Positions 12,701 through 27,700 of a stretch of 64,000 bases of DNA are shown here, in pieces. The notes below the pieces were generated by a model, which had not been told where the DNA came from, ran no database searches, and saw nothing but the letters and a program-made list of their open reading frames with translations. The DNA comes from Tubiluchus corallicola. Lineage: Eukaryota; Animalia; Priapulida. The stretch is taken from contig JAQGDQ010000027.1 in the NCBI GenBank assembly GCA_030141605.1, forward strand, positions 186,001 through 250,000, in the 5' to 3' direction. Every line of letters starts with the position of its first letter. Within the stretch, counting starts at the first letter, position 1. The position numbers and the translations under genes were made by a program.

Positions 12701-15700
12701 CACAAAATTTCTGACTGTCAACAGTAACATTCGCCGATTATGAGGATTTAATTCGAGTTTCGTTACTTAAGTAAACGTGACCTGGAATGTTTTGGCGTGC
12801 CTTATGGCTTTGACCTTTTGACGGAAGAAAGTTACTTAGAATCTATTTAATAACTGAGTGAGCTTCAGTAAAATACATGATTCACAGTGCTTTTCCTGGA
12901 ATTCATGATATTAGCCTACAAATAGCACTACGTGCCACAGATAATAACATTAAAAATATACTATTTTACTTTTTATCAAAACTAGTGTAATCATTAACAT
13001 TATAATTCAAATTATTTCCTAAGTACTGAATGTTTATGTTTGTGACTTGCAATTTAATTTATAGTTGTAATCATATTTTTTTTTACTTTTAGACATATCG
13101 AAGCCACCGTTGAGTCCGGGGCATAATGAAAATGTGATTCCTACTGGTTATTTACCACCAGCTCCAAGAAACATGAGGAGTCTAAACAGTCATGGAACTC
13201 CGGATTTAGATCCAGACAGGCACGCAAAATTTATATTTAATATTCATTAGTTGAAGTCTTCATGTGCTGTGAGAGATTTTTGTTCTGCTGTACCATATTC
13301 TAAGTCAAATATTGTGGGTGGCAGTGCCGGTTAAAACCTAGTGTCACTCGAAGCTAGACATGAGTTCATGTAATTCATGTTAAATGAGTTGCAAAATAAT
13401 ATAATTACAGTATCTTAATTCTGTGTGGTATGTTTGAATAATACAGTGGAAACATTCTCCCATTAATTAGTGATATTATGACTGTGATTGGCAAAATGTT
13501 TATAAACCACTGCAGTTTATTTTAACAATTATTACCCATTGTTTGTAATAAGGTGGAAAAATAAAGGAGATGTTGAAAATTTGTGAACTAGTTGAGATTT
13601 GAACCCAAAACATGGGGTTAGTACTCATGTGCTCTGACAGCTCAGCTACTATTCAACATAACAGAACTTATAAACACTCTGACAATCACAGTCATAATGT
13701 AACTAATTAATGATATCGTTAGTTGCCAGCTAATCTGAGAAAATTTAAGTTTTGCTGGCATTGTTTGGAACCTTTGCACTCAAAAGTACACTCCGGTTTG
13801 CTTATCTAATGGGTTTAAAAAGTCGCATCTATCTGCTTTTAAAAGCAGTTTGACGTGGCGCACTCAGGAAAATTTACGGCAAAATCGCCCAGTTACCACG
13901 TGGTTGCTCGGTTATTTTACCAATCGGACAAAATATTGTTTCAGAAGATGTTCCTTGAACTTTTGCTGAAAACGTTGGGGTTAGGCCGAGCTTTTACTTT
14001 AGATTCACATTCAGTGTTATTGTGTTGCCTTGATGCTCTTCAAATTTAATGCTGAATCTTGCAAAATTTGTTGCCCATACATTTGCAACGTTATTATAAC
14101 TGGACAGTGATAGCCAGTATGCCTAAATGCTTTGTTTACAATATTACACATTTTATGTCAATCTAGAAAAGCCATTTACGAGCAGGACAAATTGAGGGTT
14201 GTCCGCAAACTAGACACAGACCATCGATTCTGATTGAGGAATGTTTATCTTTACTGCGAGGCACCTGCTTGGCATAATCGTATGAGATTTCAAAACATGC
14301 AGCTCTGTTTTCCGGAGCTGCGCTTTGCTCTGCGCACTGTTTATGTGGCCTGCTGGATCTCTGATGACAAGCATCTTGCTGATGTTCAGAAATATTTGAG
14401 AAGTTTCTTCAACTAAATAATTGTAAGCTGAATCACGACAGCTGGCGGGTCATTGCAAAGAAGAACTCTTATTCCCAAATGACCAGCTATTTTTCCCGAA
14501 AATCTTGATGCGTATTCATAACATTACATAATATCGTCAGCTGCTCTAAAAAGTGATTCAACTTTTGTTTTTACTGCAAAAGCGATCTCCCTCAACATAC
14601 TAAACTATTAAAGCATTAATTTTGTCACGGAAATGAGTGTTAGCCTTACGGTTTCCTGCCATGCATGCATCAATAGTCAGCCAATAATTAAACTATAAAC
14701 TAAATAACAAAATAAGTTGTAGCATCAAAGTTTACAGCAGTGCAGTATTAAACAATAATTAAAGGTATCCATTATTTATTGTACAGTACAAATGCTTACT
14801 GATTGTGGATTTGTTACTTTTAGGCCTCCATATTTCCCTGCAAATACTACTGTACCAGTGTCTCCATTTTCAATGCCAATTCGAAACAATCTTCGGACAG
14901 GAAACCAGAATAGACTATCTGGTGGAAGTTACAGGTAAGTTACATGGCAGTTTGTGCTTACTACGGGTAGGTGGTTTTGACTGATTGCATACTGATTGAT
15001 AATTCAGGCATGGCAACTCGCGTGATAATAATGGTCTAATGCCACAAGGTTTATGGGCTTGAATCCTAATTTATCTGTTTTTCGGAGCCTTTCTTCCTCT
15101 AAATTTGACTGTTGATTGAAAATAATCCAAGAATTTTATAACACCGAGTATCCCAGAAATCTGGAATTATATCAGGAAACCGATTCATTCCAGTCTTCTG
15201 GGACATACGGTACATTTGTCACAAAATTTCATGTGAACTGTGACACAACTTTCTAGTACCTTTACATAGTGGTGTGTTAAAGCTCAGTTTATAAAATCAA
15301 TAGTGATTCTGTCATTATTAGTTTCATGGGTTCTTTCTCTTAGACTTTGCCTGCTACATTGGTGAAGCCATACATACAGCAGAAAGCTTTTTGCACTCTC
15401 ATGCAGTGTTTCATTAATTCAATTTTTCAAATGAATCTAATTTGCAAAACACACTTTCCGGCAAAATGCCGACAAATCAAATTTGGTTTCAATTATACAA
15501 CATTTCCTAATGAATTTATTATAGAATTTGTCGTACAGTTGCACATTCATAAATACCAATTAAATTCAGAACCACCACAATAAATATAATTATAAAAGAC
15601 CGACTGCATGCCTCATCTTTTGTATAATTGATTTTATTTATGGTCTTACGTGGATATATTTATTAATAGCAGTGGCCATAATTATTAGAAAATAACTATG

Positions 15701-18700
15701 TTGTATTGCAGTACTGATGCCATATGCCTTTCAATTTTAGCAAATTTATTTTGATTTACTTAAAAAATAAAGTAATATCGGAAATTTATCGAACTTAGCC
15801 AAGGATAAGTTCACATAAAATAATTCAATATTTCAGGTTTAAAAAAGAAAGAAAATGTACATGGAAGTGTGCTGCTATAATATTTATCACTGCCTGTATA
15901 GTTTTATTGGCTGTGGTATCCTATCTTGGCGGTAAGTCAAATTTATTTCAGAAAATGTTTAATTTTCATATAACAGGAAATAATTGTTATATGAATTTCA
16001 AAATTTTAAGTACATCTTAAATGCTTAAAAGGTTTTGTACTGTTCTAATATTTGTGAATTAAATCCATTAACCTCTGACATAATAAACAAGCAAAACATA
16101 CTACAGAAACTTTTCATCCTAGTACATTTGCACAACATACCTAAATTCAAACATTAAAAACATTTTAAACATTTTTAGCAATGCTAGCGATGAGCCATGC
16201 CCAAGAAGAAATACATAGTGAAGAAAGTGGACCAACTTACCATGAAGATGGCGGGTTTAAGTCTGTTTCGGGCAACTCTTATGATAGAGACTTATCAAGG
16301 CCTGCTCCAACTCGCTACATTCCAGTATGTGATTTATCATAATGTCTGAGCTCCTTGCCTGAAATAAATACATTAATTTTAGTTACATTGCCAATTACAC
16401 CTAAATCAAATAGCTATTGGTCAAGAATAACTAAATGAATATTTTCAGTCGTCACAAATTTGTTCTTAGTTTCATTAAAAACTGAACTGCTCTTCAAATT
16501 AGAGTGAAAATCATTTAACCAATAGTTGATTCATACATTTCAGGTGCCAACCAGAAACCCCACAGAAATTCCAGTCGTATTCCAAGTTGGAAATCATCTT
16601 TCGCCTACAATCCCACCTAATGGTTGGTTACGAACTCAATTCCAGCTCAATGATGACACTTACGTAAGGTAAATAATTCAAAAAATGTCACGGTTATACC
16701 TCATGCGTAACCAAAATTAAATTTGCTTTGTCTGTTACGATGTCATTTTTTAGTTTTCATATTATTACAACATCACAAGTCAATAAGATTATGTAGTTAT
16801 AATACTGTTGGTTTACGACCTATGCAACTTAATTAATTCATTGTGTAAGACTAATCATAGCTCATATTTCCCTCTATTTTTAGCAAATTAATTTTAAATC
16901 AATATTCATTTCAGTAAAATCATCCATATGTGCTACAATGCTTAGGGCACATACACACACATCTTATATGTAGGTGCACACCACTTGAATATATGGGTCC
17001 GAGTCATTTTTCGACCAATCAGCTAGAGTCATTTGTATGCAATCCTAAGTCGACTACTTGTATAATCACAATTATTTGATTTACGCCCTAAATATGCTTT
17101 AATGGTATCAAATGAGCAAGTTATTACAAATTGTTATACAATTCTTTCTGTTGAGAAGCAGAAAGGTTATTTTATACATTCTACATCCACAGCGGGCACT
17201 TATTAGAAGTACACTTTTTCAGTTTTTTTCTATTATCACAACTCAATGGCATTGATTGTGATCAGGAAAAAACTTTCCTACATTTCGACATTTAAATAAA
17301 GATTTCTTCAAAAAGTTTATTGGTAATTGATATAACTGTAACATTTTCATTTTACAGATTTAATTTCACAATTTCACAAGATGCCAGGCTAGGCATATAT
17401 GGACGCCGTGGCATGGCACCAAGTCACACACAGTATGACTTTGTTGAAATTATGAACGGAGCAAAAATGGCAAACAGATACAAGGTAGATTTTGTTGCTG
17501 ACATAATGTATTTGATTATTATCATTGTTTGCTACTATATAATTTAAATACATATATGTCTGAATACTAGGGCTGCCGCAATACTGATTAAATTAATATG
17601 TGTTTTATACGAAAGAGCTGAACATCAAGCAGCCATATGATAATTAACTACAATTTCAAATGAATACTGCTTTTTGTTGCTTCAGCTTAATTTAGAAAAT
17701 TACTCAGAGTCAAAAAGTTGCAGGTGCATAAACAAAAAGGGTTTCATGGTCATTACACTGACATCCCTAAAGAGTTTCTTTTACTACTTTGTTAATTACA
17801 TTTGTCAAAAATTAGTAGTTGCAGTGTAATTCTTTTCTTTGCTGACATCAGACATAAAAGCTTCCAGATCATGTTTTAAGTTTCTTAATTTGTTATCCAG
17901 TTAGATTTGTCATGTCAAAATATTCAGGTGAAATTTCACTCTTTTTATCCACTTTTGAAATACCATAATTTTCTTTATTGTAGTTGTGTGTAAAGTTACT
18001 AATCTTTTTATCAAATGCAAAATTTTTATTTTTAATACAAATATGGATTATTTTAGAGAGCTGCTGAGCCAAAAGTTAGTTCTGCGTTTGTTCAATACCT
18101 GGACAAGAGCATATGGTATTTGTCTGTATACAACGACAGGGACAAGCCGGAGAAAATTACATTCATGACAGCAAGAGATGGTAAGCTAAATTAAACTGCA
18201 CTTTTGCTATAGTATTCAGTTGCAGTAAACTGTATTTTTAGTTCAGTGAAATGTATAGTGTGAGTTACAGCACCGTGATTCTTAATTCATAGTATTCTAA
18301 GATTTTGTAAACTGTTTTTACGGTAGATACAATGGAGGGTGGCTGTTTAAATGATTGTGGAGGACGAGGAAGATGTGAGCAAGGAACGTGTAAATGTTTT
18401 ACAGGGTATACTGGTGCAGACTGTTCTCAAAGTAAGTGAACCTAATGTTTGTGACTAAATCATATGTTGATTTTGTTATGCTAATCATGTTATGAACCTA
18501 CGGACATAATATTTGTTGCCATGGTTACTGTCTAGACTGATAAACAAATTTCTCTCTTATTAAAAATTAGAATTCGTATCTTCTTTGAATTTGAAAAAAT
18601 CTTGAGTAACAAACGGGAAAGAGTGCATTTATTGAAATTTTTATCTACAGGTGTTTGCCCACTGGTTTGTAACGGCAATGGCATGTACAAAGAAGGAAGA

Positions 18701-21700
18701 TGTCAATGTCATTCTTCTTGGAAAGGCTTAGACTGTAACATTCCAGCAGATGAATGTTTTGATCCAAAGTGCAGTGGTAATGGTCGTTGTCAGGATGGCA
18801 AATGCATTTGTCACCGTGGATTCAAGGGAGAAAACTGTGAAGAGCGTAAGAGCAGAAACATTTTTGTTTTTCATGAAGTTAGACCTTGAAAAGTAAACCC
18901 TAGAGAGGTTATTAATATGTTGGTATGTGATGTCAAAACAATTTTTCAGCTTTTGTGGAAATTTTGTTGCTTGCATTTTTAGGTTATTTAGTTATAATGT
19001 AACTTTATAAACAGATTACTTTTGCCGTGAAGCCAATCTCAATCTTGTTCATGTTCATGTAATAAGTTTTCAGCTAATTTTTACATTGTGACATCACAAT
19101 AGAATTAGTCTCATTTTTATAATAAGACTCATCCTATAACAAAGCTAAGTGGGTGCCATAAATAACATATTCACAAAATGGATTCCATGACAACAAATTT
19201 AATAGCATTCAAACTGGCATAACCAGGCAGATAGACAGAAAAAGAAATACAGTAAACGAGTAACTAAATGCTTTACATGCCAGATATTCATTTTGACTAA
19301 ATCTTCAAACTAAATCTTGAATATCCCTATTGTTATATTTTAGTTCTTCTTTTTTGCTGCATGGTATAGATTCACAATGTACGTTTGGTTTTGTTTCAGT
19401 TGCAGCCATCATGCAAGTTTCGCTTTTAGTTTAATTTAGTAAAGGTTGACTCGTAGCCAGATAATGTAGTATAATTTTTTCCATTGTTATTGTTGCAATG
19501 GCATGTATATTAATGGAGACTATGACATTTAAACCCGTATTAGGTAACTGGTATTTTTTTTGTATTGCACGCTTCTGTATAAAGAGAGAGAGAGAGGTAT
19601 CTCCTGGTCAGCCTGCTAGCCTATACAGCCCCACCCTGCCCCCATCATCCCGGCCCCTTTTGCCCTTTTATATAGATTGCTTTGTCTTGCTAATAAGGAA
19701 AGAGTTAACCACTGGAATTGGAGAATTAACTGCTCTTGCAGTGAATGTAAATTCAATATATCATAAAAAATCATTATTTTTGAAACTGCCATTATGAGAA
19801 TGCAAGATGACTGCCAAGCTGATTTTGAAAAAAAAATGAAAGATTATTTTTAGGTTAAGGCAGATCTTTAACTTTCCAAAAATGCATAAGATATCCAATC
19901 TCCTAAAATTCTGAATGAACCTTATGACCAATACATTATGTACTCGACTATATAATAAGCACTTATACTTTTCAGCTGATTGTTCAACTCCTGATTGTTC
20001 TGGTCATGGTTTATGCATAAATGGTAGTTGCTTATGTCATCACGGATATCGTGGCATCGACTGTAGTTTAGTCGATACTGTAACAATTTGTAAGAAAGAG
20101 TGTTCCAATCATGGAACGTACCATAAAGACTTGGACATATGCATTTGCGATTCACACTGGACAGGACCAGATTGTTCTGAAGGTACACTTATTGAAATAT
20201 ATAGAGTTTCCGTTAGAAAATGAGAATAAAAATATTGAAAATGAGTATGATTAAATCTTGTATCATATGATAGTTGTGGTGCATGTACTATTAATTTTGC
20301 AACTCTTAACTAAAAAAAACTCTTGATAATTTTACAATGATGTAGAAATATCATGAATAACCATTGTATGCTTCGGCATTATGTGTCATTTCCGTAATGT
20401 CTTTGGGTCACATTATTATTATTACATAGTCTTATAAATGCATTTTCTATAGAAAAGTGCAGCGTAGATTGTGGCGAACACGGTCGATGTCATTCCGGAA
20501 GATGTCACTGTGATGACGGTTGGAAAGGAAACATATGCAACCTGCAACTGTGTGATTATCGATGTGCAAGTCACGGTACCTGTGAAAATGGCACCTGCAT
20601 TTGTCACACTGGCTGGCATGGCAAATACTGTCTTCTAGGTACAATACGTTTCTTATAACTGTAAAACTAACAAATGCATTCTTGCTAATCATAAATCAGT
20701 ATACAACTAAAAAAGTTACTTTGTGGCGTATTTAAATAAATTCTTTTTTACAGATGGCTGTCCTAATGGCTGCAATGGCCATGGTGCATGTACAAAATTA
20801 GAAGAGAAATGGCAGTGCAATTGTCACAGTAACTGGGATGGCGATGACTGCAGTATTCCTCTGGAACATCACTGTTCGGATCGAGTTGATAATGATGGTG
20901 GTAAGAAACACTTTTACAAAATAAATTGCAAAATATGCCTTAAGAAAATCACAGTATGTGGGAAAAAAGAAAATGAAAACTGAAGAATACTTTGAAAGAG
21001 TGTACGCCAATGTTTGCCATGTCTAAATCCTTTAAAATGTATGTGTATATATAAAATGAAAACAAACACTGTAATTGTTTTCAAGACTTAATTTGTGATG
21101 GTCTAAATGGCGTATAACTATATAAACTCGTCATAATCAGTTTTGAGAATGTATGTAATTGCTATAGTTATTTTCATGAGTTGACGTTTTCTAGATGGCT
21201 TGACTGACTGTGAGGACACTGAGTGTTGTAGTCAAAGTGCTTGTTTGGAAACTGTCACATGCTCCACAGCTGCCGATCCCGATGAAGTTTTACTTCGACG
21301 GCAGCCTCCAAGTATAACGGCTTCCTTTTACGATCGTACCAAGTTTCTGGTGGAAGACGGTAGCGTTCAGAGTTATGCTCACCAAAGCGTTTTTAATGCA
21401 AGCAGGGTAGCAGTCATTGTCGGCTATGTACGTAATCAGCATGGTTCACCGGTCATAGGTGTTAGAGTAAGCGTGGCTGCTGAACCTCTTTTTGGATTCA
21501 CGTTAACTCGGCAGGATGGAAGGTAAGAATTGAAAACTTCATCATTTCCATTTATGCTGTCGCCAAATTTGACGTCAGACGAAATGAAATTCTATTAGTA
21601 GCATTTATTAATCTTATAAAAGATGATTTTATCTGCTACCCCACATCCCAAATTCAAGATTAAGCAAATTAATGGTGCGCATGAAGACTCTAGAGAATTT

Positions 21701-24700
21701 TTTTATCGTACATGTCTGTAAGTTGCATATGTATGTAAATCTTCATTTAAAAATTTTAAACTAAATTAGTGAAGCTTTGAACTAGTGAAATTACTAAAGA
21801 ATTTGACAGTGAAAAACATGTGATTTTGTAAATTCATTTTATGAACTAACTCAGTATAATGTGGTTTTGTATTTTGTAATCAAATTAATATGTTGTAAAT
21901 TGTATGCCTGCAAATACAGGTTTAATAAAAACTTATAATAATAATAATTGCCAAAATCGGTTTGTACCAGAGTAAATTTTCGCTAATTTTGCATTTATGG
22001 TTCATTTTATAGTGTTACTTACAGACTTTTAAGCTTAATGGTTTTTGATAACTATTTTAACTTCTTATCGCTTTGCTTTGCATTAAACACTTTTCTTCAG
22101 AAATGCAGAGCCCCATAACTCAACAATATTTATAATTTCAGGTTTGATCTTCTCGTCAATGGTGGTGCTGCTATCACTCTGAATTTTATGCGTGTGCCAT
22201 ATTCTTCAGCTGAAGCAACTATCATGGTACCATGGAACCAAATCGTAACACTACCACCTGTTGAATTATCACAAACAAATTTTGCTTCTGCCGGTGTGAT
22301 ATCAGTTCGTAGTAATGAGAGATGTCATGTCCATGACTACAGCTTAATGAAGCCAATGGTTGTGTCTACCTGGCAGTCTTCTCATCAAGGAGGTTGCTCA
22401 GAAGAAAGTGCTATTCTCACAGAGTCGCAGGTAATGTGATTGTATTTAATGGTCAACATAGCTTCTTAAACATTTTCTCGGTTTACAATCTATCATCATA
22501 TAAGCATGTATATTGATTAACAAAATGTGCACTTTAAGATGTTTCACTTTGCAGGTATTACAAGAAAGTATTTCACTACCTGGCACACGATTAAACCTGG
22601 TCTATCACAGTAGTAAGATGTCTGGCTACATGTCGACCCTTCTGATGAAATTGACACCAGAACAAATGCCAAAGACATTGCAATTAATCCATGTGAATGT
22701 AGAGGTACTAAACTAATTATTAATATTAACATACGACTAGTTAGTACTTACCAACATAGTTACTCTATTAGAAAAGCTGTGAACTTGAGTTCCCAGTTGC
22801 AAGTTTATGATAAGTATAAACTTTTTCAATAATAAAGGCAGCAAAGACATACTTTGTGTGTAATGCAAAATTGTTAAAAATAATTAAGAAAACTTGTGAT
22901 TGTTATAACTTATTCATTGTTTTAGGTTGAGGGAGTCACATTTAAAACTACCCTTGAGGCTGAGCCTTCTCTAAAATTTACTTATTCTTGGAATCGCAGG
23001 AACGTGTATCGACAAAGAGTGTATGGTGTAGTGAACGCCAAGGGTATGTAGTTGCCTTTCAATACAAAAGTAAAAAATGCCAATGTTTATAGTATGAGTA
23101 TACTATCCGATTTTAGTACATCCGTTATTGTACTTTTCATACATTTGATGACCTTTACATCCAAAAAAGCTAATACGTACATATATTTTTTATAGTTGCA
23201 ATTGGCTATGAGTACAGAGATTGTGACGAAATATTTTGGGATTTGCAAACATCCAGTTTAAGTGGATATGACATAGAAATATCAGAAATCGGAGGTTGGA
23301 ATTTGGACGTGCACCATCGATATAACATTAGAGAAGGTAAATTCTGTTTTTGTTCTACAAATGATTGACAAGCTATTTCTATTTATGTTTGATTATTCAA
23401 AAATCTTTTTAACATTGTGACATATTATGCTGTTCTTAAACTACCAATTAACTATAGCAATGTCTTGCAGGTATTTTGTATAAGGGTGACGGGACCAACA
23501 CATATTTACGAAATCAACCACAATCTCTCTACACTTATGTTGGAACTGGACAAAGGCGTCCTCTAGACTGCACTCATTGTAGTGGATCAGTTGAGGATGT
23601 GACTCTGATGGCAGCTATGGCATTGACCAGTGGTCCGGATGGTAGCCTCTTCATTGGAGATTTTAACCTAATCCGAAGACTCACGCCTGAAGGACAAGTG
23701 TTTACTGTTTTAGAATTAAGGTAATTTAAATCACATTATCATAATCAAATAAGCAAACACTGAAAATTTAATGTGATTGTTTACTGGTGTTTAGTTACTC
23801 AAATTATCAATGTTTTATTTTTCAGTGCTGACAGTCAACCTTATCAGTACTACTTAGCCATTCACCCACTTACTGGAGACTTGTATGTGTCTGACCCACA
23901 ACAAAGAATAATTATGAGAGTGATCACACTACGGAGCATCATGAACGTGCGTGACAACTATGAAATTGCCGTAGGAAGTCGCATTCAATGTCTACCTGGA
24001 GACAGTGATAACTGCGGGGATGGAGGACTGGCTGTCAATGCAAAACTTACTAGACCAAAGGGTAAAATTTATATATTTGCAGTACATCCTCCTTTAAGGG
24101 GACTCCCTTTGTATAGTGGGTTTGTTTAAGGACTCTAAAAGTGTTGTTTTGTTTTAAGTATCCCATTTTTTGAAGCCTTTTTGTGACTTAACAATAAATG
24201 ATTCGTTCTCACAATGTTTTCTGGCCTTGCTTTTTAAGCACAAATTTCATTTATTGCACTCGCATTTTTATAAACTCTTACATTTATAAACGTGCCGCCT
24301 AATCTGGGTAATAAGTTGGACAACTAACCCTGATGAATTCATTGCTTTCCTGTGTAAAGGTATAATTATCCAGAGAAATTGTCTCTTACTTCACATACAC
24401 ACATAAAATTACCTGAATTCATCTCACTTCAGTTTATGGTTCTGGAAGAAAACGTTTCAGAAATATCTTTCCATAAAATTACCCGGCATTTTAAAAACAG
24501 AAAAGAAAATGTATATTCTTATAAGCAAAAACTTAGGACCTTTTGAAGCATCAGGATGCTGCACAGAAAACAGTAGATACCAGTAACCAGACACCTATAA
24601 ACCTGTTAAAACTGTTAATAAAAATAGTGAAAAATTAGAGCCTGTAAAAAGTGCAGGACCAACATGTGCTGCCAGGACAGTGGCAGCAAGAAGTACAACA

Positions 24701-27700
24701 ACTGAAAAGGCTGAGAAGATTTTAATGGATAAATGAGCCCAGAATGGTAGCCACATTTGATTGAAGCTAAAGATTTGAGTTTTATACAACAATGTGAAAA
24801 CTAGAAAAAGACGCTGTAAAATTGCACAGCTGCTGCTGCAGTAATATTTCAAACAATGAAACTGTGTATAAGATGCATGGTGCAATAGAAACGAGATTGT
24901 TTTTTAATCATACCATGTTATACTGTACAGGTTTGGCCTTTGACAAAGATGGGAACTTGTATTTTGCTGATGGCATGACTATCAGAATGGTAAATAAAAC
25001 AGGTCACATAGTAACATTAGTTGGAAAACATCAGTACTCTGGAAGCTGGAGTAGAGTTCCCTGCAGTGGACCGATAACCTTTGATGAGGTAAACTGTTTA
25101 TACTTACTATACATGATTAGAACCCAAATTACATGCATCACAACATTATAAGTTATGTAAATAATTGTAAGCTGGTAACTTGTTATATTTTGGTACTATA
25201 GTTTCTCGTCGAATGTTATAAAACTATCAAATTTTTCACATTTACAGGTTCAGTTTCAATGGCCTACACAAGTTTCTGTCAGCCCGCTTGATGATAATAT
25301 CTATGTACAAGATGAGAACTCAGTTTTTATGTTAACGCCGAATGGCTATGTTAGAATAGTCGTAGGAATTCCTATGCATTGTCAAACGAATGACCAATTT
25401 GAAATGTCATTAGCAGAACATGTGACACTGGCTTCTGTGCGAGCAATGGCATTTTCTCCATCTGGAGACCTGTACGTTGCAGAAACAGATGAACAGACTG
25501 TACATCAGGTAATACTTTGTTTAACAGTGACACCACTTGGTCAATATTTGCAATGCCGCCATGATAAGATGAAAATGATGAGTGGTAATGTTGTTTGGTG
25601 TTAATTGTTTTAATTGTTTTGTGTTAACTTGTGCTAATAGTTTTGATCAAAACCAGATTTCCAACATTATTCTTGCATGATATTGGAGTGAGACTGTGCA
25701 CCTGTTTTGTCAGTGCTGCAAAAAAAAATCTCAAGAGAGATCATTGCATTGAGTGGTTATAAAATGTAAATGTTTGGTGCATCACTGGTGTTAATTTTCT
25801 GTAATGCTGTATTACAGTACATTTTAACACTGTTTAAGATTTTTCAGCAATTAATTTTGTTTCATAATGATACTTTATTTTTTCAGATCAGGAAAGTGTC
25901 CACTGATGGTACAATATCAGTATTTGCTGGCGGAAGATCTCGTTGTGACTGTCGAGACCCGGCATGCATTTGCTACAACAGCGGAGACACTACAGCCATT
26001 GGAGCATCTTTCAATACACCAGCTGCCATCACAGTTACACCAGATGGAACAGTTCATATATCTGACCTTGGAAATTTACGCATTCGTTCAATTAGAGCCA
26101 TGATCCCACAAGTAAATCGACTGGGCTTATACGAAGTTCATCATCCCGAAGCACATGAAGTTTACGTCTTTAATCGTTTTGGGCAACATATTTTTACAAA
26201 AAACACTGTCACCGAGAAAACCATCTACACATTTTCCTACAATGTTAACTCTAGTTATGGCAAGCTAAGTCGCATCACAGATAGTAGCCAGAACAAGGTG
26301 TCAATCTATCGAGACTACAGCGGAGTTGTTAACAGCATTGAAACTTCTAGCGGACAACGAATGGAAATCAGTTTGTCACACATGGGGTTTCTCAAAAGTA
26401 TTTCCTATAGCCGAAAAGAGTTCATGTACTTGTATGAAGGTATTACAGGTCTGATGAAAGCAAAGTCGGTTTCAGAGCATCAAACTTCTTTCTTTGATTA
26501 TGATGACAATGGCAGATTAACACAAGTTATACAACCGACTGGAAATAACGTTGTTCTAACAGGAGATCTGGAAACCAGGGGGCGTGTTGTGAGAGTGGCA
26601 ATAACTGGAAAGCCGTATGGAGAAATCGTGACACAACCAAACAGGTTACAAAAATCCATCGGTATCTTGAGAAATACCATAATAACCTTGAATGGCAAAG
26701 AGACTGCAATTAAAAATAGAGGAAATTTTGATGTTACTTTGGAATCTGGTAACCATCCATTACTTGGTAATCAGTACACTGTTCCTGTCAAACGAAAGGT
26801 AAGAAAAGGAAAGTGACAACTGAGAAAAATTTGTACATAATATCTAAGCATATCTTAAGCTTCAGTAAAAAGTCACAGAAATTGGATCTTTTCTTGATCC
26901 AGGATTGAAACCAGGTATAACAAGTCAAACACTGTATCATAGTTTAGTAGCCTTCTATGTATAGTACTAAAACATTTAAATGCACCCAAAATGCAAATGT
27001 TTTTTATGATTTTCTACTAAAAATTTGAAACTTCTGCTATAAAAACTTCAGCTAAAATTAAGGTCAAGAAAAGATATAATTCATTACAATCATTTTATTA
27101 TTTGTGTTCAGGTTACAGTTGCTCATGACTTGCATAATAGAATAGAGTGGCGATACTACCTGCGCCGAGAAGGACGCGGTGAACAAAAACAAGTGTCACA
27201 AATTGGACGACGTCTTAAACAGAATGGAGACAATGTTCTCACAGTCGAATACAACCGTGAAACTGGCAATGAAGCTATCTATAATAAAGACCAAGAAAAG
27301 CTTTTGGAAATTTCTTACAATCCTGCTGGACAGCCCACTGCATTCATGCCCGCTATTGAAGGATGGTCGCCTGTTAATATGAGCTATAATACAGCAGGAC
27401 GACTAGCTGAATGGAGGCATGGCAATGTCTATGAAGAATATGGCTATGATCGAACAGGTCGGTTGACGCACATTAAATATAGTGGCATGGAACAACTTTC
27501 GTTTTCTTATGGAGACAACATGCAGGTAAATTATTTTCATAGCTCATAATAATTTTTTATGTGATTTCAGTGCTGAAATATCAAACAGTAGCTTACTAAT
27601 TTCTATCTTTGTTTCAGCCCACAAAACTGATCCTACCCAGCAGAGAACTATACAGCATGAACTACGACCAATATGGAAACTTGAACCAAGTAACTATGCC

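Noticed and set aside
14180-14600. GC-richer intronic segment as a coding exon or transposase
   Set aside because: The frames I read contain stops and no recognisable motif. Possibly an old TE, but I cannot support a call.
19390-19425. Microexon between EGF3 and EGF4
   Set aside because: Available acceptor/donor pairs give 11 or 17 nt with a weak donor, which is not frame-preserving.
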